From an uncultured delta proteobacterium (GTDB lineage Bacteria > Desulfobacterota > Desulfobacteria > Desulfobacterales > UBA2156): a stretch of 64,000 nt of DNA. Of this stretch, positions 29,546 to 39,449 are shown one piece after another. Below the pieces are notes generated by a model. It saw only the letters and a program-made list of their open reading frames with translations, was not told the origin of the DNA and ran no database searches. Location: positions 32,001-96,000 of the forward strand of contig CAVTQK010000023.1 of assembly GCA_963736855.1 (NCBI GenBank). The letters are read 5' to 3'. Position 1 is the stretch's first letter. Every line of letters starts with the position of its first letter. The position numbers and the translations under genes are program-made.

Positions 29546-30052
29546 GTGATGAATTATAATCTGCTTTTCCGAAAACACCTGATTACAGTCATGGTTGTTT
29601 TTTTCGTCCTTTGTTTGTCTGCTGGCTTGGCAGCACAAGCCAAACCTTTGGAAGTGACGCAGACAAACCAGCAGCTTTACAAAAAGCCGGATTTTGCCAG
29701 CACATCTTTGGGAAGCGTCCCGAAGGGAGAAGCGGTGCGCCTGCTAAAGGAAGAAGGGGACTGGTATCGCATCGACTACAAAGGTAAAACCGGATGGATG
29801 CATCAAAAAGCCTTTGTTAAAGACTGGAGTTTCAAACCGGATCTTAAGAAGGTGCTCTTCGGACCCGAGGTCAAACAAAGTCAAAGCGATGAGGCGGCCC
29901 TGGCCGGAAAGGGATTTACACCGGAAGTGGAAAACGGTTTCAGGTGTAAAAACCCGGGGTTGAGTTATGCTCAGGTGGACCGAATCGAGACGTTTGCCGT
30001 CGATAAGAAACGACTCGAAGTCTTTGCAAAGGAAGGGGGGCTGAAGCCATGA
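29546..30052 (+). CDS. Periplasmic SH3b-domain protein
   Basis: Signal peptide (..AAQA), SH3b GDWYRIDYKGKTGWM, C-terminal ALAGKGF...EGGL segment; overlaps the M48 start (ATGA). Confidence 0.8.
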   Translation: MMNYNLLFRKHLITVMVVFFVLCLSAGLAAQAKPLEVTQTNQQLYKKPDFASTSLGSVPKGEAVRLLKEEGDWYRIDYKGKTGWMHQKAFVKDWSFKPDLKKVLFGPEVKQSQSDEAALAGKGFTPEVENGFRCKNPGLSYAQVDRIETFAVDKKRLEVFAKEGGLKP

Positions 30053-30921
30053 AGGGCGCCCGAGTGTGTTGGATTCTATCCTTGCTTATCCCGAGTATAT
30101 TCTGGAATTGCGCCGGATTGTCCTCGTTGCCCGTTTCTCAGATTCAGCCTGCAGCAGAAGTGGCTGTTAAAACAGGGCAAAAAGCCGTCCAGGCCTCCCG
30201 ACCCATCTCGGACTCCGAGGAATACTACATCGGCCGGGCGGTTTGTGCCCGGATCCTGGCCAAGTACCCCCTCTACGACAACCCCAAGGTCACCGATTAC
30301 ATCAATGTGCTGGGACAATCTCTCGTGAAGAATTCTTCCCGGCCCCAAACTTACAAGGGACACCATTTTGCTGTGCTGAATACCCCTGAGCCCAATGCCT
30401 TTGCCTGCCCCGGCGGGATTGTTCTGGTGACCCGGGGTTTGATCAAAATATGTGCCGGCGAGGATGAGCTGGCGGCGGTTTTAGCCCACGAGCTCGCCCA
30501 TGTCGCCCATCAGGACGGCATCCATTCGATCAGTCAGGCGCGATGGAGCGAAGTCCTCACCACCCTTGGAACCGAAACAGTGAAGCAGTACGGCGGAGTC
30601 GGCGGCCAGCTTGTAAGCTTATTCGAGGGATCCATCGACGATGTCTTCAAGACCATCGTAGTAAACGGATACAGTCGATCGGCCGAAGAAAAAGCGGACC
30701 GTGAGGCTGTTGCCATCTTGGATCAATCCGGATTCAGGCCCTTTTCACTCTGTTCCCTCTTGTCTAAAATGGCCATCCTTGAAAAGGGCGCAAACGGAAT
30801 TTACCGAACGCATCCCCCTGCCGCCGAACGGTTGACTCTTCTCAAGGACATCCCGAGAGGTGTTTGCGGAAAAGTGGAAGAACAGCGCGCCCAAAGGTTC
30901 AAACGGATCTTTGGAACTTGA
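30049..30921 (+). CDS. M48 family zinc metallopeptidase (probable lipoprotein)
   Basis: PNAFACPGG, ELAAVLAHELAH (HExxH), YSRSAEEKAD, THP motifs. Confidence 0.9.
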   Translation: MKGARVCWILSLLIPSIFWNCAGLSSLPVSQIQPAAEVAVKTGQKAVQASRPISDSEEYYIGRAVCARILAKYPLYDNPKVTDYINVLGQSLVKNSSRPQTYKGHHFAVLNTPEPNAFACPGGIVLVTRGLIKICAGEDELAAVLAHELAHVAHQDGIHSISQARWSEVLTTLGTETVKQYGGVGGQLVSLFEGSIDDVFKTIVVNGYSRSAEEKADREAVAILDQSGFRPFSLCSLLSKMAILEKGANGIYRTHPPAAERLTLLKDIPRGVCGKVEEQRAQRFKRIFGT

Positions 30922-30954
30922 TATGCCTTACATCAAAACAAATGTCGGCATCGG

Positions 30955-33771
30955 CTAAAAGGTATACCCGATGGAAAAATGAATCCTCCCTGAGCTCTCC
31001 CCCTCCTTTCGGTCCAGTTTGTGGCCATACATGAGGCTGATGGGGCCTACCGGCGTGATATAGCTCAATCCGACGCCAACGGATGAACGGAGGTCGTCGT
31101 ACCCCTCATCGATTTCCGTATCCCTTATTGTGCCCAAATCATAAAAGACCGAGATTTCAAAATTGGAACCCAGATCGTATCTGACCTCGATGTTTCCTGA
31201 TAACTCTAATCTTCCACCCACCGCATTTCCCGAAGTATCCGCTCTAAGCCTGTTCTCTTCGAAACCCCGGACATCACTCAATCCTCCCAGGTAAAAGAGC
31301 TGGTCGTCGGCCACATCGTCGTCGGCAGAGTAGGACTGAATGATGCCGCATCGGGCACGCAGAGCAACCGTGAGACGCTCCGCCGGAGTCCGGTAATATC
31401 GCGCTTCGAGGCGATAACGGATGAAATCATCCAGGGTATTGTCCAATCCCTTGGATGCATCCATGGAGGCTCTCGCAATCAATCCTTTCTTAGGCCGAAC
31501 ATAGGAATCCACGGTAGCATATTGCAGAGAAGGCGTCACCACTAAGAGCGTCCTCGATTCATACTGTTCTTCATCCTCGGGGAGGATCGGCTCATCATCG
31601 AGCCGGTACTGTTTTCGACTCTCGTAAAGTAAGGCAAAACCGCCTTCGAATCGGTCCGCAAGGTGTTTTTGAAAACTCAGCGCGCTCCCGGATCTCCTGA
31701 CACCGAACATTTGATTCTTCTTCTCCTGTTTCTCGGTGAAGAGCGATCCGGTGGCGGTGACCCCGGAGCGGAAAAAATCGGGGTCGGTAACCCCGGCTTC
31801 CCCCAGATAGCTAATCAGACTGTATTCGCCGTCTATCCAGATGCTTTTATTCCGGCCGAAGAGGTTTCTGTCCTCCAGCCGACCCAAAACGTAGAATTCC
31901 CTGGCGGTATCATATCCGCCGCCGATTTCAAAAAGATATGGTTTTCTCTCCTCCACGTTCCAGACCACATCGACCCGATCCGACTTCTCCTCGAATCCGA
32001 CAAGCTGAAGGCGGCTGTTTTCGAACGCCTGAATTCGGGATACTTGACGATTGGAGTCGAGCAATCTTTTCAGGGAAAACCGTTTTCCCTCCCTTATGTC
32101 CACTTTATCAAGGACCACCTTTCTGTTGGTCCGGAAATTCCCCCGGATGAAAAGATCCCCCACTTTCACGAAAGGCCCTTCATCGATGGTATAGGTAATA
32201 TCGGCTTTTTCTTGTGTATCGCTAAACGTCACCGCTTCCGAAATGTTGACATGTGGATACCCCTTTTCGGAAATCCGCTCGATCAAGATATCTTTATCCA
32301 TCGAGACCACATCGTCCCGGTAAGACGCGCCGGGCTTCAGGGCAAGGGCCGACAGAGCATCTTCTTCCGTCAGAGCCGACAACCCTTTAAACGCCACATT
32401 TCCCACAAGGGTTCGGACCCCTTCTCGAATACGTAAAGCCGCATCCACCCATTGATTCCCGGTTTTGGTTTCTTTTTCAAAGGAGAGGGTGTCGTCGACG
32501 GTCGCTTGAAGAAATCCGTTCCGATGATACAACCTTTTGACTGCGGCTTTATCCTCCTCCCATGTCTTTGAAAAAAAGCCCCCCATGCTTGAGAAAACGG
32601 ACGGCTTGGTGAGAAGCTTTTCCGTGATCTGATCCTCTTCGATATGACGATTTCCCTCGATATGAAGGCTCCGCACCAGAGATTGAGGTCCTTCGTCGAT
32701 GTGAATGCGGACGGTTCGGATGGACTTGTTTTTTTCTTCAAGGGTGTCGTCTGCCGTCGTAATCTTGACCTTGGGATAACCGGCTTTTCCGTACCGGTTC
32801 CGGATAGATCGGATTCCCCTCTTCAAGACCAGATTCCCTTTGTTCCCCCTCTCAAAAATGGGGAGATCATTCTTCAATGTCGAATCCGAAAAAGCCTGGT
32901 TCCCCGAAAAAACGATGTCGTAGAAAGGCCCCTCCCGGATCCGCAGAGAGATATCGATGAGACGGCTTTCCGGGTTTTTTATGACGATCGGTTCGATCTC
33001 AACATCGACGTATCCCCTTTGGCGAAAAATTTTGAATAGGTTTTTAACGTCTTTTTCCAGGTCTTTTTCCGCAAACCGCGCCATGTCCCAAAAAAGCCGG
33101 GAGGCCTGCCAGGTCTTAAGACGCGTCAAGAATTCGAAGTCGAACCCGGATCGATTTTCCTCGAGGGTCACTCGATGGACTCGATAGAAAGGCCCCTTTT
33201 GAATGGAAATCGAAAGGACGGTGCGTCCGTCTTTTTCATCTTCTTGGGAAACGAGGGACACCTTGGGATCGATGTACCCCTCTTTCATGAGGTACCTGAT
33301 GACATTTTTCTCCATCTCCTTCGTAGTTTTGGGATCGAAGGGATCCCCGACCCGCCGATCTATTTCCCTGAGGATATCCTGTTCCAGCATGGGAAATTCC
33401 CCGTCGATGTAAATTTTTTTGATCAAAGAAAATGGGGTCAATTCAAAGACAAGATTGATTTTTCCATCTGTTTCAACAGGGTCAGGGACATGGATCTTTC
33501 GAAACAGACCGGATTTTTTCAAGGCGTCGATGCTTTGCTGAAGGTCATCGAGGGAAAACGAGCCTCCTATTTTCGGCAGGATCAGCCGCTGAGCTAATTT
33601 TTGAAGCATGGATGCATCTGGCGATGCATCATGGATCAGAATGGTCAGGGTGGAAACGATGGATGCATCGGGCTCCTCCTGAGATAAGCATATCGGATGA
33701 GGACCCAGGGAGAAAAGAAGAATTCCGATAAGTGCGGTGAAAACATCGCGATGAATGAATCTGAAGCGCAT
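30955..33771 (-). CDS. Omp85-family outer-membrane insertase (BamA/TamA-like) with an extended POTRA region
   Basis: Repeated POTRA motifs (GY/GF...I.EGP), barrel with VRGF loop, TPVGPI, and C-terminal beta-signal FSIGYTF; 938 aa. Confidence 0.9.
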   Translation of the reverse strand: MRFRFIHRDVFTALIGILLFSLGPHPICLSQEEPDASIVSTLTILIHDASPDASMLQKLAQRLILPKIGGSFSLDDLQQSIDALKKSGLFRKIHVPDPVETDGKINLVFELTPFSLIKKIYIDGEFPMLEQDILREIDRRVGDPFDPKTTKEMEKNVIRYLMKEGYIDPKVSLVSQEDEKDGRTVLSISIQKGPFYRVHRVTLEENRSGFDFEFLTRLKTWQASRLFWDMARFAEKDLEKDVKNLFKIFRQRGYVDVEIEPIVIKNPESRLIDISLRIREGPFYDIVFSGNQAFSDSTLKNDLPIFERGNKGNLVLKRGIRSIRNRYGKAGYPKVKITTADDTLEEKNKSIRTVRIHIDEGPQSLVRSLHIEGNRHIEEDQITEKLLTKPSVFSSMGGFFSKTWEEDKAAVKRLYHRNGFLQATVDDTLSFEKETKTGNQWVDAALRIREGVRTLVGNVAFKGLSALTEEDALSALALKPGASYRDDVVSMDKDILIERISEKGYPHVNISEAVTFSDTQEKADITYTIDEGPFVKVGDLFIRGNFRTNRKVVLDKVDIREGKRFSLKRLLDSNRQVSRIQAFENSRLQLVGFEEKSDRVDVVWNVEERKPYLFEIGGGYDTAREFYVLGRLEDRNLFGRNKSIWIDGEYSLISYLGEAGVTDPDFFRSGVTATGSLFTEKQEKKNQMFGVRRSGSALSFQKHLADRFEGGFALLYESRKQYRLDDEPILPEDEEQYESRTLLVVTPSLQYATVDSYVRPKKGLIARASMDASKGLDNTLDDFIRYRLEARYYRTPAERLTVALRARCGIIQSYSADDDVADDQLFYLGGLSDVRGFEENRLRADTSGNAVGGRLELSGNIEVRYDLGSNFEISVFYDLGTIRDTEIDEGYDDLRSSVGVGLSYITPVGPISLMYGHKLDRKEGESSGRIHFSIGYTF

Positions 33772-33779
33772 GCGGATCC

Positions 33780-36700
33780 CTATCGAAACTCGAGCCTATA
33801 AACCATCTCTACCCCGTAATTTCCTGTGTTCTCCTGGTAGGCGGAAGCCGCAACATTTTCAATAAGCTTGTATTCCGAAGATGCGCGCTGGGTGGTTTCC
33901 CCACCCCGGGTCCCTACGCTGTACTTCACGGTAAGTCTTTTGGACAATGTTTTTCCCACGGTCACTTCGACTCCCTCTGACCGGGATTCGTCATCTTTTT
34001 CCAGATACTTTGCTTCAACGATATCGAGTCCTGTGGCATCTTTGACGCTCTCCCCGACAAGCCCCGAAGCAACTTGAGCAGCCAGGGCCTTGGAACTGAT
34101 CCATGCACCACCCTCTTCTCTTATCATCTCCTGCCGGGTTTTTCCGGCAGTAAGCAGCAAGAGAATGTCTTCATCACTCTCGACCGGTCTGGAGGATTTG
34201 GTGAATACGAGATTATCCGGTGTACCGGATATGTTCAGAAGAATCGTCCAGGTACGGATGTTGATTTTACTTTCGATATCGAGGGTAGGCTCGATTCGAT
34301 AGGGGTTGATGAAATCGATGGTTCCGCGATTGATTTCGAATTCTCTGCCTAAAAAGGTGATGGTTCCTTCCTGGACTTGGGCCCTCCCGAGCAGATGAGG
34401 TTGAGCCGGATTCCCCTTCAACAGAAGATTGGAGACGATATTTAAAAGGGCAATATTGTTGTCCACGACAAAAGGGCTTTTTTGCCGAAAGGAAACATCC
34501 AACGCCATGTTTTTAAGAATCGGGTGAAGCGGCTTAACTGGGCTCGTTTCGGCTTCCCGCTTTTGCTCCTGAAGCCCTTGAATGGGATTCAATACGACGT
34601 TTTTGTAATAGATGCCCTCCTCCAAAACAACTTCTCCCTTCAAGACGGAGTGATCCCGGTTCCCGGTCCAGAGAAGCCGGCCGCCCATCGTCAAATCAAG
34701 CGCTTCGGGGATGCTGAAAGGGATTCGGGAAGCGTCGAGGCTGAGATCGAAGGTTGATGGCGCCAGACCTGTCAGCCCGATATTACCCTTGACTTCAAAT
34801 CGTCCCTCGCCCACCTTGCCGGCAATCGTCTCCACCTTCAAAGCGGCAGGGCTGACATTAACAACGGCATTGAGGTCATGGATTTCTTCCAAAATTTCGG
34901 GGAGGGTCACCTTCACCTGGTTCAAGCGTATTTTTCCGTCGATTTCCGGCCGGGACAGAGGCCCACGCACGGTTCCTGCAAGGACGGCATCCCCGGCCAC
35001 ATCTCCCAGTTGTGGAAAAATCGAACCAAGGCCGCTTAGGGGGATCGACGCCTGAACGGAAAGATTCATGTCCCCGTCGAGTCCCGCGCTTCCGCGAACT
35101 TCCACAGATCCCTGATGCAAAAGACCCAGGCGGATATCGGAAATCGAGATTCTGGAATCACGCAGCGACGCCTTGAAGCTTCGACTTTGAACTAGCGCTT
35201 GTTTTTCGAAAAAGAGAATCAAGCGGTAAAGATCGGCTTCGGCCCGGATCGCTTCGGGATGATCGGCGTTTCCCCGGCAGTCGATGGTTCCCGAAAGGAT
35301 TCCCGTCCACTCGCCCAGTTGGGCCATTCTGAAATAGGGACCGAGATCCAATTCCTTGAAAGATGCCCTGGCCTTGAATTCCCTGTCTTTTAAATGAAAG
35401 CTGCCCTCGATATCGAAATCCGATTCCGCGTGGACCTGAAGCACGCCATCCATAAGGGCCGTCTGAAGCCGGACCGCTTCGATGCGTTTACCTTCGATCT
35501 CGATCCCGGTGATCGTGATCCTGCCGGACGCCTGAGGACTCTCGAGACTCCCTTTGCCGGAAATATTGAGCGTCGCCTTTCCTCCATCGATGCCCACCGC
35601 TTCGAGCCAATGGATATGCTTCAACGATACGCCATCGGAAAAAAGTGAGCCCGAAAACGTGTATTCTGAAAAAGAGATCCAGCCCGTTCCTTCCAAAACT
35701 TCTTCCGCGTCGATAGCGATGCGCACAGGTTCCAAATACACCCGACCCCCTTGCATCCGGGTGTTCAGGGAGAAATTTTCAATTTTCTGTCCGAACAAGA
35801 CGAGTCGATCCCCCGACAGAAAAATCTTTCCTTCGGGACGGCGGAGCGATCCCTTCAACCGGCCGTTTAGAGAAATCCTTCCGTCGACATTTTCATGGAA
35901 ATCCTTCAGGCGAAGACTCCGGCCTTCCAGGGTCAGGTCCCAAGACGGATCTTCAACAGGCTTCAAGGTTCGGGGATCCAGAACATTGGCGCTTCCCGAG
36001 ACGGAAAAAAGAGCCCCCTCGTTTTCCGTCTGAAGCGACCCGACCCGGAGCCGGCCGCTTTCATAATGCAGGTCGGCAAAGAGGCCCCCGATCCGAAAGT
36101 CTCGGAAGACAAGGGCGTTTCCACTGACTTGCAGATCCATCATGGGGCTTTGAATCGATCCGCCAACATCGACGACCCCGTTAAGATTTCCGCTCAAGGG
36201 TGTAAAACCGAAAAGAGCTGCCGTGAACCCGATATCCGGTGCCGCCACAGAAATCCGGGACGTGATCGCTTTACTTTTCAATTGATATGTCCCGGTGCCC
36301 GCCAGGATCGTTTCTCCCATGCGCAGCTCAAAATGGTCCACCTCGGCATTTTTTCCGGACAGGGAGGCATCCGCATTCAGGGTGAAGTTCGCCGGAATCT
36401 CCGGGGCGATCCGTGTTTTCCCCGTCACCGACACCGAGACCTTGGCTTCGGCATCGATGTTTGCCGGTGTAATACCGCTTCCCTCGATGCGCACTTCGGA
36501 CTGCAGATTGCCGTCGAGGAGGGTTGCGCCCAAGGGAATGCCCTTCAGATTTACGCGATCCAAAGCAGCGGTTACGCGGTAGACGGCGGCATCGATGTTC
36601 CGATCAGCGGAAAGAAATCCTTGCGGAAACGCCTTTTTCAGATCGACCGTTCCGGAAAGAGCCGCATTTCCATAGGTTGCCTTCACGCCCTTGGCGGTCA

Positions 36701-37694
36701 GGGTCGCCACCCGATCCGAAAGAATGCCCTCGAAGGTGAAGGCTTCGGTGTCCACATCGTAAATCCGCCCTCCGCCGAAAGCCAGGACCATGTCCACCCG
36801 AGGATCGGACACCTTGCCTTTAGCCTGCATCTCGATTTTTACCGGACCGGAAAACTCCCGGCGAAGATGAAACGTTTTTCGGATATCCCCCAGCGTGGTT
36901 TCGATCCGGAGGTCCATGTCGATATCCGGATCTTCCCATAACTCCCGGCCGTTTCCCAGAAGATGGAGCGTCAGCAGATTCGATTCGACATGCGCTTTAA
37001 CGGGCGTGATCGCTCCCTTTTCCACCCGGGCTTCGATGACGAAATCCTCCCAGCCTGTGCGGATTCCGGCCATGTCGATCTTGCACTCTCCGAGGTTCGC
37101 CTTCATGTTCCCGGACTTTTGGGCCAAATCGACGTCATTCAACGAGAAATGGATCTTCTCAAAAATTGCCCTTTCGGTTTCTCCCTGGACAACTGAAGAA
37201 AAATAAAATGACCCGTCGGCTATCTGAAATTGATGGATTTTCACATTGAAAGGAAACGGCGCCCCATTTTCTTCTTCCGGAAGCCATAGATCTTTCTTTC
37301 CCGGACTTATAAATGCATTAGAAATATCAAGGGTCCCGTCCTCACCTATCCGAAAACGCACCACCGGACGCGTTATTTCCGCCATTTCAACCAGAATCGT
37401 ACCTGATAAAAGCGCTCGCCAGGATACCTGTGCAAAGATACGGTCCAAGGTGATCATGGGTTCGCGGGAAGGACTTTGAATAAGAATTCGATCGACCTCG
37501 ATGCAGCCCCGGATTAAAGAGAAGCGGACCTTGGACCAGGTTATTTGCCCTGAAATGCCTTTATTCAGTCGGTTCTGGATCAAATGTCGAGCATGGTTGC
37601 TTTCCAGGTAAAAAGCGGCACCAAACATGAAAAGGATCCCCAGTCCAATAACCAGGCATAGGGTGACTAAGGTTCGAAAAAACCACTTCTTCAT
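33780..37694 (-). CDS. tamB: TamB/AsmA-like translocation and assembly module protein
   Basis: N-terminal anchor, long beta-taco repeats (G.L..P...G), DUF490-like C-terminus (FEINRGTIDF..P.LDI...VGKTLS); 1304 aa; operonic with the Omp85 gene. Confidence 0.85.
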   Translation of the reverse strand: MKKWFFRTLVTLCLVIGLGILFMFGAAFYLESNHARHLIQNRLNKGISGQITWSKVRFSLIRGCIEVDRILIQSPSREPMITLDRIFAQVSWRALLSGTILVEMAEITRPVVRFRIGEDGTLDISNAFISPGKKDLWLPEEENGAPFPFNVKIHQFQIADGSFYFSSVVQGETERAIFEKIHFSLNDVDLAQKSGNMKANLGECKIDMAGIRTGWEDFVIEARVEKGAITPVKAHVESNLLTLHLLGNGRELWEDPDIDMDLRIETTLGDIRKTFHLRREFSGPVKIEMQAKGKVSDPRVDMVLAFGGGRIYDVDTEAFTFEGILSDRVATLTAKGVKATYGNAALSGTVDLKKAFPQGFLSADRNIDAAVYRVTAALDRVNLKGIPLGATLLDGNLQSEVRIEGSGITPANIDAEAKVSVSVTGKTRIAPEIPANFTLNADASLSGKNAEVDHFELRMGETILAGTGTYQLKSKAITSRISVAAPDIGFTAALFGFTPLSGNLNGVVDVGGSIQSPMMDLQVSGNALVFRDFRIGGLFADLHYESGRLRVGSLQTENEGALFSVSGSANVLDPRTLKPVEDPSWDLTLEGRSLRLKDFHENVDGRISLNGRLKGSLRRPEGKIFLSGDRLVLFGQKIENFSLNTRMQGGRVYLEPVRIAIDAEEVLEGTGWISFSEYTFSGSLFSDGVSLKHIHWLEAVGIDGGKATLNISGKGSLESPQASGRITITGIEIEGKRIEAVRLQTALMDGVLQVHAESDFDIEGSFHLKDREFKARASFKELDLGPYFRMAQLGEWTGILSGTIDCRGNADHPEAIRAEADLYRLILFFEKQALVQSRSFKASLRDSRISISDIRLGLLHQGSVEVRGSAGLDGDMNLSVQASIPLSGLGSIFPQLGDVAGDAVLAGTVRGPLSRPEIDGKIRLNQVKVTLPEILEEIHDLNAVVNVSPAALKVETIAGKVGEGRFEVKGNIGLTGLAPSTFDLSLDASRIPFSIPEALDLTMGGRLLWTGNRDHSVLKGEVVLEEGIYYKNVVLNPIQGLQEQKREAETSPVKPLHPILKNMALDVSFRQKSPFVVDNNIALLNIVSNLLLKGNPAQPHLLGRAQVQEGTITFLGREFEINRGTIDFINPYRIEPTLDIESKINIRTWTILLNISGTPDNLVFTKSSRPVESDEDILLLLTAGKTRQEMIREEGGAWISSKALAAQVASGLVGESVKDATGLDIVEAKYLEKDDESRSEGVEVTVGKTLSKRLTVKYSVGTRGGETTQRASSEYKLIENVAASAYQENTGNYGVEMVYRLEFR

Positions 37695-38038
37695 TATTGA
37701 CCCTGCAGTTGAATCAAAAACATCGACAAATTTTTAATTGGTTTTAGAAGTCAAGAAAAGTTTATTGCGAACCATGCCTAAACGTATTCAAAGGCCCTGT
37801 TATCATTCTTTTTTTCTATTCCTTGTCATGGTTTTATACAACTGCAGGGTTTACTATCATATCAAGAAGAAAATTTATATTATTATGTATTGATGCTGCA
37901 ACCTCCCTTATTACCATTTTAGAAAACAGCGACAAGGATCGATTAAGGTTTAGGGTTTTCGATCTTGACAATTTGCTTCTAAATATTTTAATAAAAAGAA
38001 TACCCTTTAATTATGATGAGTTAGGTGAGGAACACGTT

Positions 38039-39448
38039 TTGAAAGGCAAATGGTTTCCATTCATCTTTTTTATAACGTGGTATCTCAATAGTCATGTCTG
38101 TTTTTCCGATCAAAAGATTTCCTTGGCTCAGCGCCTGACGTTGAGCCTCAATCAGGCCATTGAACTGGCACTTCAAAACAACCGCTCCCTCGCGGGATCA
38201 CTTTATGCCAGTGAGAACGCCGCTCTGTCATTGGAGGCTGCCGGCTCTGCATTCGATGTCATGTGGGGGCCGTCAGCGAGCGCCGGTATCTCACGCGAGG
38301 ACGAAACCACTCGACAGTACGGTGCAGGAGTACTGATCACTAAACGATTCGAGTTTGGAGCCCAGGCATCCCTTGGTCCCGGACTCGATCTTTCGGAAGA
38401 CGATTACAACGGAAACGTGGCCTTTTCACTTTCCGTTCCTCTGCTCAAGGGATTCGGCAAAGCGGTGACGCTGGACCCGGTGTACAGCGCCGAACAAGGA
38501 TTGAAGGATTCCCAGCGAAGTTTGCATATCTCAAGGGTTTCCACGGTGATTGATACCGTTTCCGCAGTGTACGGCATCCTCCAGCAGCAGGAACTGGTTC
38601 GACTATATGAATCCCAGGTGGATAGCCTGGAAAGCCAGGCACAGCTGGCCAAAATCAAGGAGCGAGCTGGGTTGGCGACTTCCATGGACATCTACCGGGC
38701 CGAGATCCGAACTAAGGATGCTCAGGAGAGTTTGAACCGATCCCGCGAGGCTTTACAATCGGCCGGAGACCGTTTGAAACTCATTCTGGCCATCCCGCCT
38801 GAAAGAGAGATTGAGGTGATTGCGCCACGCAAGGCAGAACCGGCTGTCATAAACGAGGAAGAGGCTTTCGTCATCGCTCTTTCGAACCGGGTGGAGATTG
38901 CCCAAGCACAAGATGCAGTTAAAGAAGCCAGACGGAGGTCTGAAATCGCAAAAGACAACACCAAACCGGGCTTGAATCTGGTCTTGAAATATCGGTTATA
39001 CAGCGACCCTGAAACCTCTTTTGAAACTATTCAGCTGGATGAGAATTCTTGGAGTATCAATCTGGTGAGCACCACCGACTGGGCCCGAAATGCTGAAAAA
39101 GCCGCTTACCAGCAAAGCCTTAATGCCGTAAAGATAGCCGAGATGCAGCTTCAGTCAAGAGAAGATAGAACCAAACAGGAGGTGCGCCAGGAGCTGGAAT
39201 CTCTAAAAAAAGCCGGGGAGCGAATCCAAATCCGACAGGAACAGATCCGACAGGCCGAAGGAAAGCTGGCGCTTTCAAAGCTCAAATTCCGGTATAACAT
39301 GGCCAGTAACTTCGATCTCATCGAAGCGTCTACAGAGCTCAAGCAGGCCGAGGTGGACCACTTGGCAGCCCAGACAGACTACATCGTCGGCACGCACCGG
39401 TTGCGGGCGGTCCTCGGGACGTTAATGGAAAGGCCTTCAGGAATCTGA
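38039..39448 (+). CDS. TolC-family outer-membrane efflux protein
   Basis: LSLNQAIELALQNN, VPLLKGFG, two OEP helical repeats; TTG start at 38039 with GAGG RBS (track start 37823 runs through AT-rich intergenic DNA). Confidence 0.88.
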   Translation: MKGKWFPFIFFITWYLNSHVCFSDQKISLAQRLTLSLNQAIELALQNNRSLAGSLYASENAALSLEAAGSAFDVMWGPSASAGISREDETTRQYGAGVLITKRFEFGAQASLGPGLDLSEDDYNGNVAFSLSVPLLKGFGKAVTLDPVYSAEQGLKDSQRSLHISRVSTVIDTVSAVYGILQQQELVRLYESQVDSLESQAQLAKIKERAGLATSMDIYRAEIRTKDAQESLNRSREALQSAGDRLKLILAIPPEREIEVIAPRKAEPAVINEEEAFVIALSNRVEIAQAQDAVKEARRRSEIAKDNTKPGLNLVLKYRLYSDPETSFETIQLDENSWSINLVSTTDWARNAEKAAYQQSLNAVKIAEMQLQSREDRTKQEVRQELESLKKAGERIQIRQEQIRQAEGKLALSKLKFRYNMASNFDLIEASTELKQAEVDHLAAQTDYIVGTHRLRAVLGTLMERPSGI

Positions 39449-39449
39449 G

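Noticed and set aside
37823..38038. N-terminal extension of the TolC ORF in the track
   Set aside because: AT-rich promoter-like DNA (TTGACA at 37965); the signal peptide and RBS point to TTG 38039.
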